Assembly: GCA_043804515.1 (NCBI GenBank)
Contig: JAZDIZ010000170.1
Span: 1-37,466 of the forward strand
Length of the DNA: 37,466 nucleotides
Origin: Pseudomonadota bacterium
GTDB taxonomy: Bacteria; Bdellovibrionota_G; JALEGL01; DATDPG01
Direction of reading: 5' to 3'
A program made the position numbers and the translations under genes. Position 1 is the first letter of the stretch. Every line of letters starts with the position of its first letter. The notes below the pieces were generated by a model, which searched no databases, was not told the origin of the DNA, and saw nothing but the letters and a program-made list of their open reading frames with translations. Positions 26,201 to 33,807 of this stretch are shown in pieces.

Positions 26201-28777
26201 ACCGCTCGCCGACCAGTTGGCGGCATCGTCCCTTTCTTGAACATAGAGCGTGTGTGCGCCGACGGATAAGTTTGAGTCCGGGGTAAACTCGGTCAAAGCT
26301 GTTTCCGTAGCACCGGTGCTGAGATCGCTGTCATCCAGTTTATATCGGAACGTCCCGTTTCCCCCGCCTCCGCTGGACCACGACCATGTCGGCGTCAGAT
26401 CCGCCGTCGGTGTCGACCCTGTCACCACGGGGGCCGAGGGAGGAACGCCGTCGTACGTCATGGTCAGACTCCCAACAGTCGTGTTACCGGCCGCATCGTA
26501 AGCGGTTATGGTGAAAACGTTGGCTCCCGACGAAAGCACAAATGCATTTAAGCTCCACGTACCGAGAGTGGCGCAGTCGTTGCTTGCCATGCTCCCCAGC
26601 GACGTCGTGATGTTCACAACGTCACTGCTGCACGTTCCCGTGATGGTTTGAACCTGGACGTTTGTAGTGAAGCTTGCCCCGCCGTTGGGAGACGTGGGAG
26701 CAACTGAAGGAGGAGCCGTATCATACGTTATGATCTGGGTATTGCTGCTCACCGCGCTGCCCGAGGGATTCTTTCCGGACACCTGAATACTGTTCGCCCC
26801 GGCTGCCAAGATGGCGTCCAAGCTCCATGTCCCGTCACCGCAATCGCTATCGGAGAACGTCCCCAGTGTGGTGGTCAGATCCGTGATCCCCGCGCTGCAC
26901 GTACCGGACACCGTCCGCGATCCGATATTTGTGGAGAAATTAGCTCCACCGTTCGGCGCCGTTATGGCCATCACGTACGCGGCATCATCGTACGTGATGT
27001 GTTGCGTGCGTGTGGTTTCGTTCCCGACGCCGTCCGTCGCCGTCACGGCAATCGTATTGAGTCCTGAATTCAGAAGGAACAGGCCGGAACTCCAGGTCCA
27101 GCTGCTGCAATTGTTCGTGGACGGAACCGCCACAATCCCATGCAATACCGTCAGTGTGGAAGCCTGCTCATCACACGTTCCGGAAACGGATGAGATTTGT
27201 TGGTCCGTCGTATAGTCCGATCCCGAGTTGGGCGCCGTGATCGCCAATGCAGGGAGCGTGCTGTCGTACGTGATCGACATGGGATCGCTGATTGTGTGGT
27301 GATAGGGATCGCTTCCGGAAATCGTGAAAACGTTTAAGCCTTCGGAAAGGTCCACGCCGTTCAGGGACCAGACGCCGTCGCCGCAATCGTCGTCCGAGAA
27401 TGTTCCAAGCGTCGTTTGAAGGCCCGTAAGCCCCACGGTACAAGTTCCCGAAAGGGTTTGCGGCGAATCCTTCGTGGAAAAGTCCACACCGTTATTCGGT
27501 AACGTGACGTGCAACGTGTACGTGGCGTTGTCGTACGTAATTTGCAGCGTGCGCGCCGTTTCGTTCCCCACGGCATCGAAGGCCGTCACCGTGAACGTAT
27601 TCAAACCCGCTACCAAGACCGACACCCCTGAAGTCCAAGTTCCAGCGAGAGCGCAGTTGTTGGTCACGGGTATCGGTGCGCCATCCTGCGACATACTTAG
27701 GGTTGTGGCATCGGCGTTACAGCTCCCCGAGAGAGTTTGTGACGGCTCATCCGTGATGAAATCCGCCCCCAAGTTGGGCGCCGTAATCAACAGAGTCGGA
27801 TGGATGCTGTCGTACGTGATCGACAGGGAATCGCTGGCGGGTCGACCAAATATGTCCCCTCCGGATATGACGAAGTCATTCGTTCCTTCGGAGAGGTCGG
27901 CGCTTAAAGACCAGCTCCCATCATTGCAATTACTGTCGGAAAATGTGCCCAGCGTGGTGTGAAGACTTACAAGTTCCGCGCTGCAGGTGCCGGAAAGTAT
28001 CTGAGGGGATTCCCTCGTGGAAAAATTGATTCCGAAGTTTGGCTCGATGATCGTGATCGCAGGCACCCGATCGTCGTAGGTGATGACGATCGTACCGGTT
28101 GCGGATCCCTCACCATCTTGCGTGGCTCCGGTGACGGTGAACGTGTTGGCGCCGGCGGTCAGGAGGTAGGAATCCAACGACCATTTTCCGTCGTCGCAAA
28201 GCTCGTCGATAAACGTCCCAAGGCTGGAGGCTAGGGTTTTTATGTTTTTGGTACACGTCCCGTAGACCAGCTGGCCCCGTTCCGCCGTCGCGAAATTCAC
28301 GCCGGCGTTGGGTCCGGTGATTGTGAGGGCCGTCGTGACGTATTCGTAACCGTTTGTCAGGACGTAGGTACTTCCGTCGGGGTTGTTCGTTCTTACATCC
28401 GCGGATCCGACCGACCCGGGAGGAGTTATGCAGGTGAGTTCGGATGACGAGACAAAGTTCGTGTTCAAACACGCGTTATCCCCGAGATTTACCGCCGTGT
28501 TGCTCTCGAAATACGCGCCCTGGATCGAAACGTGCGTGCCGCCGGTGACGTCGCCGATGTTCGGGATAACTCTGCTGATGATCGGTACCTGTACCTCAGT
28601 GGAAACGGGGGTGGGGGTGACGGAGGTGCTTTGCCCCACCTTTTCGTCAACGCCCAGCGGATTACAGCTGGTGACGAGAGCTATTAAGGAAAGTACTGAG
28701 AGATAAAAAAAGGCCTGTCCTAGGCACCGAAGGCCGGGGAGGCGTCGTCGAAGATGTTTTCTGGTTCGAAGCAGCAT
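23246..28777 (-). CDS. Giant surface lipoprotein: IPT/TIG, seven Cys-paired Ig-like repeats, and RCC1/BLIP-II propeller repeats with three inserted 70-aa domains
   Basis: Lipobox LVTSC; P..G...GGT.V.I.G..F...LTCITP (IPT); repeats IT.PN.G..F.T...SGTC...ITYD; many DGTVWAWG.N..GQLGD repeats. Confidence 0.9.
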   Translation of the reverse strand: MLLRTRKHLRRRLPGLRCLGQAFFYLSVLSLIALVTSCNPLGVDEKVGQSTSVTPTPVSTEVQVPIISRVIPNIGDVTGGTHVSIQGAYFESNTAVNLGDNACLNTNFVSSSELTCITPPGSVGSADVRTNNPDGSTYVLTNGYEYVTTALTITGPNAGVNFATAERGQLVYGTCTKNIKTLASSLGTFIDELCDDGKWSLDSYLLTAGANTFTVTGATQDGEGSATGTIVITYDDRVPAITIIEPNFGINFSTRESPQILSGTCSAELVSLHTTLGTFSDSNCNDGSWSLSADLSEGTNDFVISGGDIFGRPASDSLSITYDSIHPTLLITAPNLGADFITDEPSQTLSGSCNADATTLSMSQDGAPIPVTNNCALAGTWTSGVSVLVAGLNTFTVTAFDAVGNETARTLQITYDNATYTLHVTLPNNGVDFSTKDSPQTLSGTCTVGLTGLQTTLGTFSDDDCGDGVWSLNGVDLSEGLNVFTISGSDPYHHTISDPMSITYDSTLPALAITAPNSGSDYTTDQQISSVSGTCDEQASTLTVLHGIVAVPSTNNCSSWTWSSGLFLLNSGLNTIAVTATDGVGNETTRTQHITYDDAAYVMAITAPNGGANFSTNIGSRTVSGTCSAGITDLTTTLGTFSDSDCGDGTWSLDAILAAGANSIQVSGKNPSGSAVSSNTQIITYDTAPPSVAPTSPNGGASFTTNVQVQTITGTCSSDVVNITTSLGSMASNDCATLGTWSLNAFVLSSGANVFTITAYDAAGNTTVGSLTMTYDGVPPSAPVVTGSTPTADLTPTWSWSSGGGGNGTFRYKLDDSDLSTGATETALTEFTPDSNLSVGAHTLYVQERDDAANWSASGSKTVSIENCSTAVTWGRNLSGQLGTNVTLPYVTTPRDVPNLTNVTEIAGGTGSLSVVRKTDGTVWAWGTNDSGQLGDGSVGTRGLPQPVLNLSGISDVAAGSSFAIALKTDGTVWAWGLGTSNQMGDTTATSKVMPVRVSSLSGITKINTTQGSAHSLAIAGDLTAWAWGLNTSGELGDNTKTARTVPIHVLAGANQSLTVSSVSGNATTVTVTTTANHNLATADQVVMTGWTGGTGVWNGTYAITVTGLTTFTYAATGNGTAVGGTASANTWAITPLTVSTVTGNGTTVTVTTTGNHGLTTGDQVVMTGWTGGTGTWTGTYSITVTGLTTFTYAASGNGTAVGGTAIASAYLSNVTDISAGTSHSVALKGDGTVWAWGLGTSGQLGNNAALTSNYPVQVVTALSVNSITGNATTTTVVTNGDHGMTTGQYVVTANWSGGSGTWNGTFAVTVTNSTTFTYLTNGNGTPTGGTAIPALPQPLIDVTAIAAGANFGLAVKTDGTLWSWGLGTNGQLGDNTILSKSFAVQVKSPEAGGWLTDVSTKISAGGTSAGAVKNDGTIWMWGVNTSYQLGDGTVTQRNRPVQLAGITNAASVSVSVDFTLMTTTTNTVMAWGAASMSQLGIEAINQYAPTAVYGFETTPVLDVSTGTAFSLMVRTSDNTVWGFGLNSGYQLGDNTTTQRNTAVELHGLLNAGYLSGIAAVSASTIHALALASDGSVYGWGTNTNGRVGDNTTTTRNYPVQVKGTGGVGVLANITAITTGTATSYALRSDNTVWSWGLGTSGQLGDNTIVSKSAPVQVVGSGGVGFLTDITAISGSNGGSHALALKNDGTVWAWGLNTNGQLGDTTVTLRNAPVQVLNLSDVIAISAGTSHSLAVTGDGTVWAWGLNTSYQLGDGTVTQRNQPVEIIGPTGVTAVSAGGIHSLALKNDGTVWAWGALANNYGYIGDNTAGFIRPFPVQVYGLSHVTEINTGTSQSIARVNCSY
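24782..25606 (-). repeat. Three 210-bp intragenic repeats (70-aa T..HG/NL....V...W.GG.G.W.GT..ITVT..TTFTY domain)
   Basis: Copies at 25397-25606, 25160-25369 and 24782-24991, all the same length. Confidence 0.9.
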
Positions 28778-28876
28778 TTCGCAAATGTCTTAGGAAACAC
28801 GGGTTTATCCCCCATTTTCCCGAACCGACCTTGGATATGAATATACCTGCACCCGGGACATTCAAAAACGTAGAAG

Positions 28877-28912
28877 TGACGTGAAACGGGGACGGAGGTA
28901 GGGAAAGAGAGC
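28877..28912 (+). repeat. 36-bp imperfect direct repeat, copy 2
   Basis: Matches 22442-22477 at 28/36 positions. Confidence 0.65.
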
Positions 28913-29143
28913 CCGCCCCTCGCCATCAACCGGCCGAATTTATGCTGATTTCCTGGGCTGCGACCTGTCGGCCGCCGAGATTCTTCGTCCGGGCTCCGTC
29001 CCCAACCCTCTCTAACGCGTCGCGTTTTTGCGGGATTGATGAGATTGCGTAGCCTGTTGACATTATTGGTTCTTTTCGACCATCGGGGGCGGCATTGACA
29101 TTCGCATCCGGACTCAATAAACCCCTTCCACAGGGGGTGTTTC

Positions 29144-29575
29144 ATGAAAATGCAGCAACTCGTTGGCGCCGGATCGTTTCTGGTGTTCGGCTTTCTCTCA
29201 GGGTCCGCGTTATCCCAAGAATGTGTTCGACCGACTAACAATCAGCTGACAGCCCTGGTCTACCACCTCGATCAAAACTATAGCGGGGCCAAGGACCCCA
29301 AGGATCTGGCTGACGCAAAACATGGCATCCGGGATTTGAGCATTCGGGAATTCGGGATTTTCAGTGACCCCTACTCGGCCGATTTCTTCCGCACGAGTCT
29401 GGACTCGGACCTCTCAAAGTTCGCGCTCAATCTTTGGATTTCGATGTGTCGGCTTCGGGCCCTTCCGAACAGCAGCTATTTTTCATTGAGGCGGATTATC
29501 AATGCGGCCTACCGCGAGCAAAACTGGACGATCGGCGATCTCATCGACAAGCTGGCGGGCCTTTACTGTTCGTGA
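29144..29575 (+). CDS. Hypothetical secreted protein
   Basis: Signal peptide ending ALS-Q; purine-rich RBS; TTGACA upstream at 29095. Confidence 0.6.
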   Translation: MKMQQLVGAGSFLVFGFLSGSALSQECVRPTNNQLTALVYHLDQNYSGAKDPKDLADAKHGIRDLSIREFGIFSDPYSADFFRTSLDSDLSKFALNLWISMCRLRALPNSSYFSLRRIINAAYREQNWTIGDLIDKLAGLYCS

Positions 29576-29594
29576 TCGTCTGATTGATTTCCGG

Positions 29595-29615
29595 GGGCAG
29601 ATCCATATCTGTCCC
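29595..29615 (-). repeat. GGGAC element, variant C (inverted copy)
   Basis: Reverse complement reads GGGACAGATATGGATCTGCCC, one mismatch to 31597-31617. Confidence 0.85.
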
Positions 29616-29644
29616 TCGATTTGCTCGATCTCTGATTTCTCGGG

Positions 29645-30085
29645 CTAATTCGCGTTAGGCTGGAACGTCATGTCCAACTTGGCGGCTTCCGGAACGGTGT
29701 CGCCGTCGAAGTCGTACTCCGAATCGCCGCCCGTGAGCGTGAGCGTGTCTCCCGAGAGCACATAATCATACTGAGTCGAAAACAACTGGCCGTCTTGCGT
29801 GAGTGTCATCAAGTCCTGGCTGGCCTCCCAGGTTCCTGTGTGGGTCTCTTCAGCTTCCCCGGCCGGGGCGAGCATGGACTGGTAGCTTCCATCCGCCGCC
29901 AGCGTGATTCTAAACGTTCCACCCAACGCGACCAGGTCCACTGTCTCCAAAAGGTCCGCCGAGTTCGAGTATTCAACTTTGGTCGCCTCCCACGTTTGCG
30001 CCAAAGCGTCGGTGCTTGCGCCTCCATCCCCACCGCATGAGCCGGCGAGAAAAAGGACTAGAAACGACGCAAGAATGTTTCGCAT
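29645..30085 (-). CDS. Lipocalin-like-domain lipoprotein
   Basis: GGGAGG RBS; lipobox LAGSC-GGD; L..TW, ADGSY, GTWE and LSGDTLTL motifs. Confidence 0.75.
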   Translation of the reverse strand: MRNILASFLVLFLAGSCGGDGGASTDALAQTWEATKVEYSNSADLLETVDLVALGGTFRITLAADGSYQSMLAPAGEAEETHTGTWEASQDLMTLTQDGQLFSTQYDYVLSGDTLTLTGGDSEYDFDGDTVPEAAKLDMTFQPNAN

Positions 30086-30140
30086 GTGTGCCTCCCGGGT
30101 CAACTGGCAAACGGACTCTACACCACGGCGCCCCGTAGGA

Positions 30141-30203
30141 AAATTGGGGACACGTACGAATTCCACGCTCCTCCCAGACCGAAATTGGTACGTGTCCCCA
30201 ATT
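30141..30203. repeat. GGGAC element, variant A inverted doublet (flipped polarity)
   Basis: AAATTGGGGACACGTACGAATT at 30141-30162; AATTGGTACGTGTCCCCAATT at 30183-30203. Confidence 0.92.
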
Positions 30204-30225
30204 ATCCTGGTAGCGTCGCGTACGC

Positions 30226-30918
30226 ATGAAGAGAGCATTCTTTTTGCTGATCGGCTTTCTTGCACTGGCGGCGTGTGTTCCACAGCCCCCGCCCGGGGTC
30301 GCGAAACCTACAGTGGAAAATGCCGATCTCATCTTCCTCGACCTTAATTGCGGCGATCTCTGCGACGCGATCGCCGATGTGACCCGGCGGCAGTTCGGCG
30401 TGAAAGGCCCGGCGCTTTCTCACGTGGGAATCCTGTCCAAGGAAGACGGGCGTTGGTTTGTCTATGAAGCCTGGGAGGGTGTGCAACGCACCCCCCTGGA
30501 AACCGTCCTGGCACGCGTTCAAAAATTCCCCCATGCGGATGACCGCTGGCGTGTCGGGCACGTGCAGGGTTTATCAAATGAGGCGCGTGAGCGTGTCATT
30601 GCCGCGGCTCGAACCCATCTGGGCGCCCCATACGATGAAGACTTCATCCGGAACAATGGAAAGTATTATTGTTCCGAACTCGTGGCCGATTCCTTTGCCG
30701 AAGCGCTCCCGGGACGCTCCTTTTTCTCGTATCGCCCGATGTATTACGGAGCTCCCAAAGATCCGGAGGACCGCGCGTGGAAAATCTGGAAAGGCTATTT
30801 CGCGAAAAGACATGCAACCGTTCCGGCGGGTCAGCCGGGGCTCAGCCCCCTCGGCATCTATCTGTCGGGGCGTGTGGCGCCCGTCGATAAGTCCCTCCGG
30901 ACATTTTCAGAACCGTAG
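30226..30918 (+). CDS. YiiX/YebB-like permuted NlpC/P60 (papain-like) lipoprotein
   Basis: ADLIF, SHVGI, VYEA, LGAPYD and YYCSELV motifs (His before Cys); lipobox ALAAC. Confidence 0.9.
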   Translation: MKRAFFLLIGFLALAACVPQPPPGVAKPTVENADLIFLDLNCGDLCDAIADVTRRQFGVKGPALSHVGILSKEDGRWFVYEAWEGVQRTPLETVLARVQKFPHADDRWRVGHVQGLSNEARERVIAAARTHLGAPYDEDFIRNNGKYYCSELVADSFAEALPGRSFFSYRPMYYGAPKDPEDRAWKIWKGYFAKRHATVPAGQPGLSPLGIYLSGRVAPVDKSLRTFSEP

Positions 30919-30923
30919 TTGCA

Positions 30924-30942
30924 AATTGGTGCGGTGTCCCCC
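30924..30942 (-). repeat. GGGAC element, variant B (single copy)
   Basis: AATTGGTGCGGTGTCCCCC, one mismatch to 35982-36000. Confidence 0.8.
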
Positions 30943-30991
30943 GGTGCAATTCGGTATACTGCGGTCCGATCTTAAGAGAAAGGTAGGCCCC

Positions 30992-31114
30992 ATGGCAGAC
31001 AAGAGCCAGAGAAACAAAGACAAAACAAACAAGCCCAAGCTCACCAAAAAAGAAAAAAAGGAGAAGAAAGCCGCCAAAATTGCGGCGAAACAAGCGGTTC
31101 CGATATTTCAATAA
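30992..31114 (+). CDS. Small Lys-rich basic peptide (40 aa)
   Basis: MADKSQRNKDKTNKPKLTKKEKKEKKAAKIAAKQAVPIFQ; AAAGGTAGG RBS and TATACT at 30955-30960. Confidence 0.65.
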   Translation: MADKSQRNKDKTNKPKLTKKEKKEKKAAKIAAKQAVPIFQ

Positions 31115-31317
31115 ACAACCCGAGCGCCTGGAAGACCTGCAGCGCCTGCAAGAAGCCGATCGCTTTCGGCGCTGTCTACTGGATCTGCAGCGTCTCGACG
31201 TGTAACCGCCACGCCACGTCGTTCGTTTTCTGCTCAGTGCTCTGCTGGGACAGTCACCTTCCGGTCTACAGGCACCGGGACGCCTGGGCGACCGAGAAAC
31301 GCGCCCGGGGGCGCTAA
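31111..31317 (+). CDS. Stand-alone ZZ-type zinc-finger ORF with no canonical start codon (absent from the ORF track; may be a pseudogene)
   Basis: Hand translation: INNPSAWKTCSACKKPIAFGAVYWICSVSTCNRHATSFVFCSVLCWDSHLPVYRHRDAWATEKRARGR*. The frame is open from 30976 with no ATG, GTG or TTG before the domain. Confidence 0.7.
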   Translation: MNNPSAWKTCSACKKPIAFGAVYWICSVSTCNRHATSFVFCSVLCWDSHLPVYRHRDAWATEKRARGR

Positions 31318-31574
31318 CGACCGCAAAGGCGCCGCTTCTCGAACGCGGAAAGCCGTTTGATCTGCCGCTCCCGCCGGAGCGCCCTCCCCTTCGAACCGCA
31401 CCGTTCCCGGTACACGATCTTCCGCGGCCGCTGGCTCCGGAAGAATTTCGCTCCGGCGCCCTTTCGGTGGTCCGCGAACCGCTTCTCCGGATCGAGCGCG
31501 ATCCCCGTGTACAAAAACCTTTTCTCGGTCTCTATGATGTAGACGAACCAGGGACGACTCTTTTTTGACGGCAC
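31314..31574 (-). CDS. GIY-YIG nuclease family protein (UPF0213/YhbQ-like)
   Basis: WFVYII...LYTGI..D..KR...H..G.GAKF...ALRRERQIKRLS...K; probable GTG start at 31574. Confidence 0.9.
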   Translation of the reverse strand: MPSKKSRPWFVYIIETEKRFLYTGIALDPEKRFADHRKGAGAKFFRSQRPRKIVYRERCGSKGRALRRERQIKRLSAFEKRRLCGR

Positions 31575-31596
31575 GGAAAGACTGTACCTGAGTCGC

Positions 31597-31634
31597 GGGA
31601 CAGATATGGACCTGCCCTGCGATTCAGATTCAGG
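31597..31634 (+). repeat. GGGAC element, variant C with GATTC tail
   Basis: GGGACAGATATGGACCTGCCC, identical to 33502-33522, followed by GCGATTCAGATTCAGG. Confidence 0.88.
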
Positions 31635-31886
31635 ATTCCTCACATACGGGAAACCGCACAAAAGCTCTGCGTCGAACTTGCGGACTCGCGGGGTCGCCAA
31701 TGAGGGAACTTTCGTTTACAATTATGACATGCAAAAAATTCCTTTTCATGAAAAAAATATCAATCATCTGGTTTTAAAAATGATTGTCATGACCCTATGC
31801 GTCTTGAACAATGGGAACCAATATGCAAAAATACAATGAGTTTTTCTCATAACGCCTTAACGCTCAACTTGGGAGGAATCCATTTT

Positions 31887-33395
31887 ATGAAACGTGTTTT
31901 CTTCGGTTTTGCAGCGGCCTGCTTGATGTTCGGTGCGTTCATAGGTTGTTCCAGCTCGAGTTCCGGCGACTCCGCCGGGGGTTCCACCAACGCGCTTTCA
32001 GAGACCTATCCCAGCGACCTCGCGGTAACATCCCCGTTTGCCGCATCTTCGTCCGCAAACCAATCGCGGCTTGCGTTTCGTGCCCTGGAGGCTCCGCCAA
32101 CGGACCAAATGGATGTCATGACGTTCGAAGATCGCAGAGAGGAGCTCTCCCAACGGTTGGAAGCCACCGACGTCAACACGTGCGGTTTTACGTTGGGCCT
32201 GTTTCGGCAAGCGCCTATCGTTTCCTGCTACGGTCCGGCCATCAATTTCAGCGGCCATCCGGACGGTTCCGGGTCCAGCGGCCAACTCCCGCCGTTGGAT
32301 CTCGGCATTTGGGATGAGAACGAGGGTTCGACGGGCGAGGCTTGTATCTCCGCCAAAGTGAACTCCCTGGTCGCCTCCACGCAGGCGCAGGTGGACACCG
32401 CCACCAACCTCATCACCGCCATGCTTTGCATCGCCAACGTCAACGGGTCGGATGCGCTGCCCGCCGCGGGGGAAACCAAGGATTATCTGACCGACATTGC
32501 CGGCGCCGATCTCCCGTTCGAGGTTACGACAGCGACGGTTGAACGGCTGGAGGATTCCAGCGACGGCAAGCCCGTGTATCAGACCACCATCATAGGGAGT
32601 TCCTCGTTCGACACCCGGGAGATCACAGCGGAGATCCATCTCAGGCACATTCCCGTAGAAGCGGACAACAGCGCGTACCGGGGGAGGTTGTGGTACACGA
32701 TCTCGGGCGACGTGGGCCAGGGAGGCAATTGTGGCCAGGGCGGTCCGAAGCTCTTTGCCGTATCGATCCTCTATTCCAAAACGACCGCGGGGATCCTGAG
32801 CTACCGCATGCAGCGGGCGCAGTACTGCAGCGACACCGCCGCTCAACCGTTCGCGGCCGACTTCAGCCTGGATGGGGCCAATAAGTCGCCCGGAGAAGGT
32901 GGAGACGGCGTCGGATGGTCGGGGGATTACAACGACGCCACGTTCGAGATCAATGTGGAGAACGGAACCGGCAGGTTCGCGTACGCCTGGCAGGCGGGTC
33001 CCAACGACGGGAATACGCGCGCGTTCATCGCGGAGTTGACGGCGGGGGACGACGGCACGATCTCGGGTTGCGGATACTTCGGCTACGGTCCCGACGCGGC
33101 GAGCGCCGACATCGGGGAGATTTCAGGCATGATCTGCAACTGGGCCGGCCCCGGAAACTCCCACAATCCGATGACGGCCAAGGTGCAACGTCAGTGCGTC
33201 ACGCGTAATGCCGATGGGAAATTTGTTTCGGACTCCGATTTGTTGGGCATCACGTACGCGCCCGCCAACTCGTGCGATTCGGCGGGAGGGGACTTCGTCT
33301 TCGACGGGATCAGCGGTGCGGTCACCAACAACCTGGTGGACATCGGCGTCATGCAGGCGGACGTCAGCGTTCCGGACAGACCTCCGGGCCTCTGA
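31887..33395 (+). CDS. Hypothetical Cys-rich lipoprotein
   Basis: GGGAGG RBS; lipobox FIGC-SSSSSG; about 10 Cys in the mature protein; AT-rich upstream region. Confidence 0.82.
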   Translation: MKRVFFGFAAACLMFGAFIGCSSSSSGDSAGGSTNALSETYPSDLAVTSPFAASSSANQSRLAFRALEAPPTDQMDVMTFEDRREELSQRLEATDVNTCGFTLGLFRQAPIVSCYGPAINFSGHPDGSGSSGQLPPLDLGIWDENEGSTGEACISAKVNSLVASTQAQVDTATNLITAMLCIANVNGSDALPAAGETKDYLTDIAGADLPFEVTTATVERLEDSSDGKPVYQTTIIGSSSFDTREITAEIHLRHIPVEADNSAYRGRLWYTISGDVGQGGNCGQGGPKLFAVSILYSKTTAGILSYRMQRAQYCSDTAAQPFAADFSLDGANKSPGEGGDGVGWSGDYNDATFEINVENGTGRFAYAWQAGPNDGNTRAFIAELTAGDDGTISGCGYFGYGPDAASADIGEISGMICNWAGPGNSHNPMTAKVQRQCVTRNADGKFVSDSDLLGITYAPANSCDSAGGDFVFDGISGAVTNNLVDIGVMQADVSVPDRPPGL

Positions 33396-33463
33396 CCGGC
33401 CGCTTCCCCGCGGCTATTCCTGAGGAACCCCCGGCCACGTGGCTTGTGGGCGGGGCTAGGATT

Positions 33464-33489
33464 GGGCGGGACGCTCGTCCCGCCCGTTT
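33464..33489 (+). terminator. GC-rich hairpin, possible intrinsic terminator
   Basis: GGGCGGGACG-CT-CGTCCCGCCC followed by GTTT, about 70 bp after the stop at 33395. Confidence 0.5.
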
Positions 33490-33501
33490 CAAGGAATTTC
33501 G

Positions 33502-33623
33502 GGGACAGATATGGACCTGCCCGGCGATTCCGGATTCCGGCGGGAAGGTCAGGGGGACACCACACCCATTTTCTCAACCGCCATGGGCGCGGATGAAAAT
33601 CGGTCACTTGACCGAATTTCGGC
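33502..33623 (+). repeat. GGGAC element variant C followed by variant B
   Basis: Variant C at 33502-33522; variant B GGGGGACACCACAC...CCGCCATGGGCGC at 33552-33590 (35/39 identical to 35732-35770, with weaker similarity to about 33623). Confidence 0.88.
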
Positions 33624-33757
33624 GCTTTCGCGTCTTTCTTATCTAAATGATTCCCACGACTTAGGAATGGCACACGACTGGCAGTAGTTCCCCCCGTACA
33701 GGCGCATCGTCCCAAGGAATCATCCGGCGTTTCTGCAAACCGAAACACTCTCGGATG

Positions 33758-33786
33758 TTGACATATTTATAAATTTATGAATTAAT
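33758..33786 (+). promoter_or_regulatory. Probable sigma70 promoter/operator of the toxin-antitoxin operon
   Basis: TTGACA at 33758-33763, palindrome ATTTATAAAT at 33765-33774, AT-rich -10 region. Confidence 0.5.
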
Positions 33787-33807
33787 GAATATCGAGAGGA
33801 ACGCCCG

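Noticed and set aside
28778..29143. Riboswitch or ncRNA upstream of the giant lipoprotein
   Set aside because: I could not identify a known aptamer consensus by eye; an Rfam scan is needed.
31318..31700. Histone-fold continuation after the ZZ-type finger
   Set aside because: The finger ORF stops at 31317, the following DNA encodes the GIY-YIG gene on the opposite strand, and I saw no histone-fold signature.
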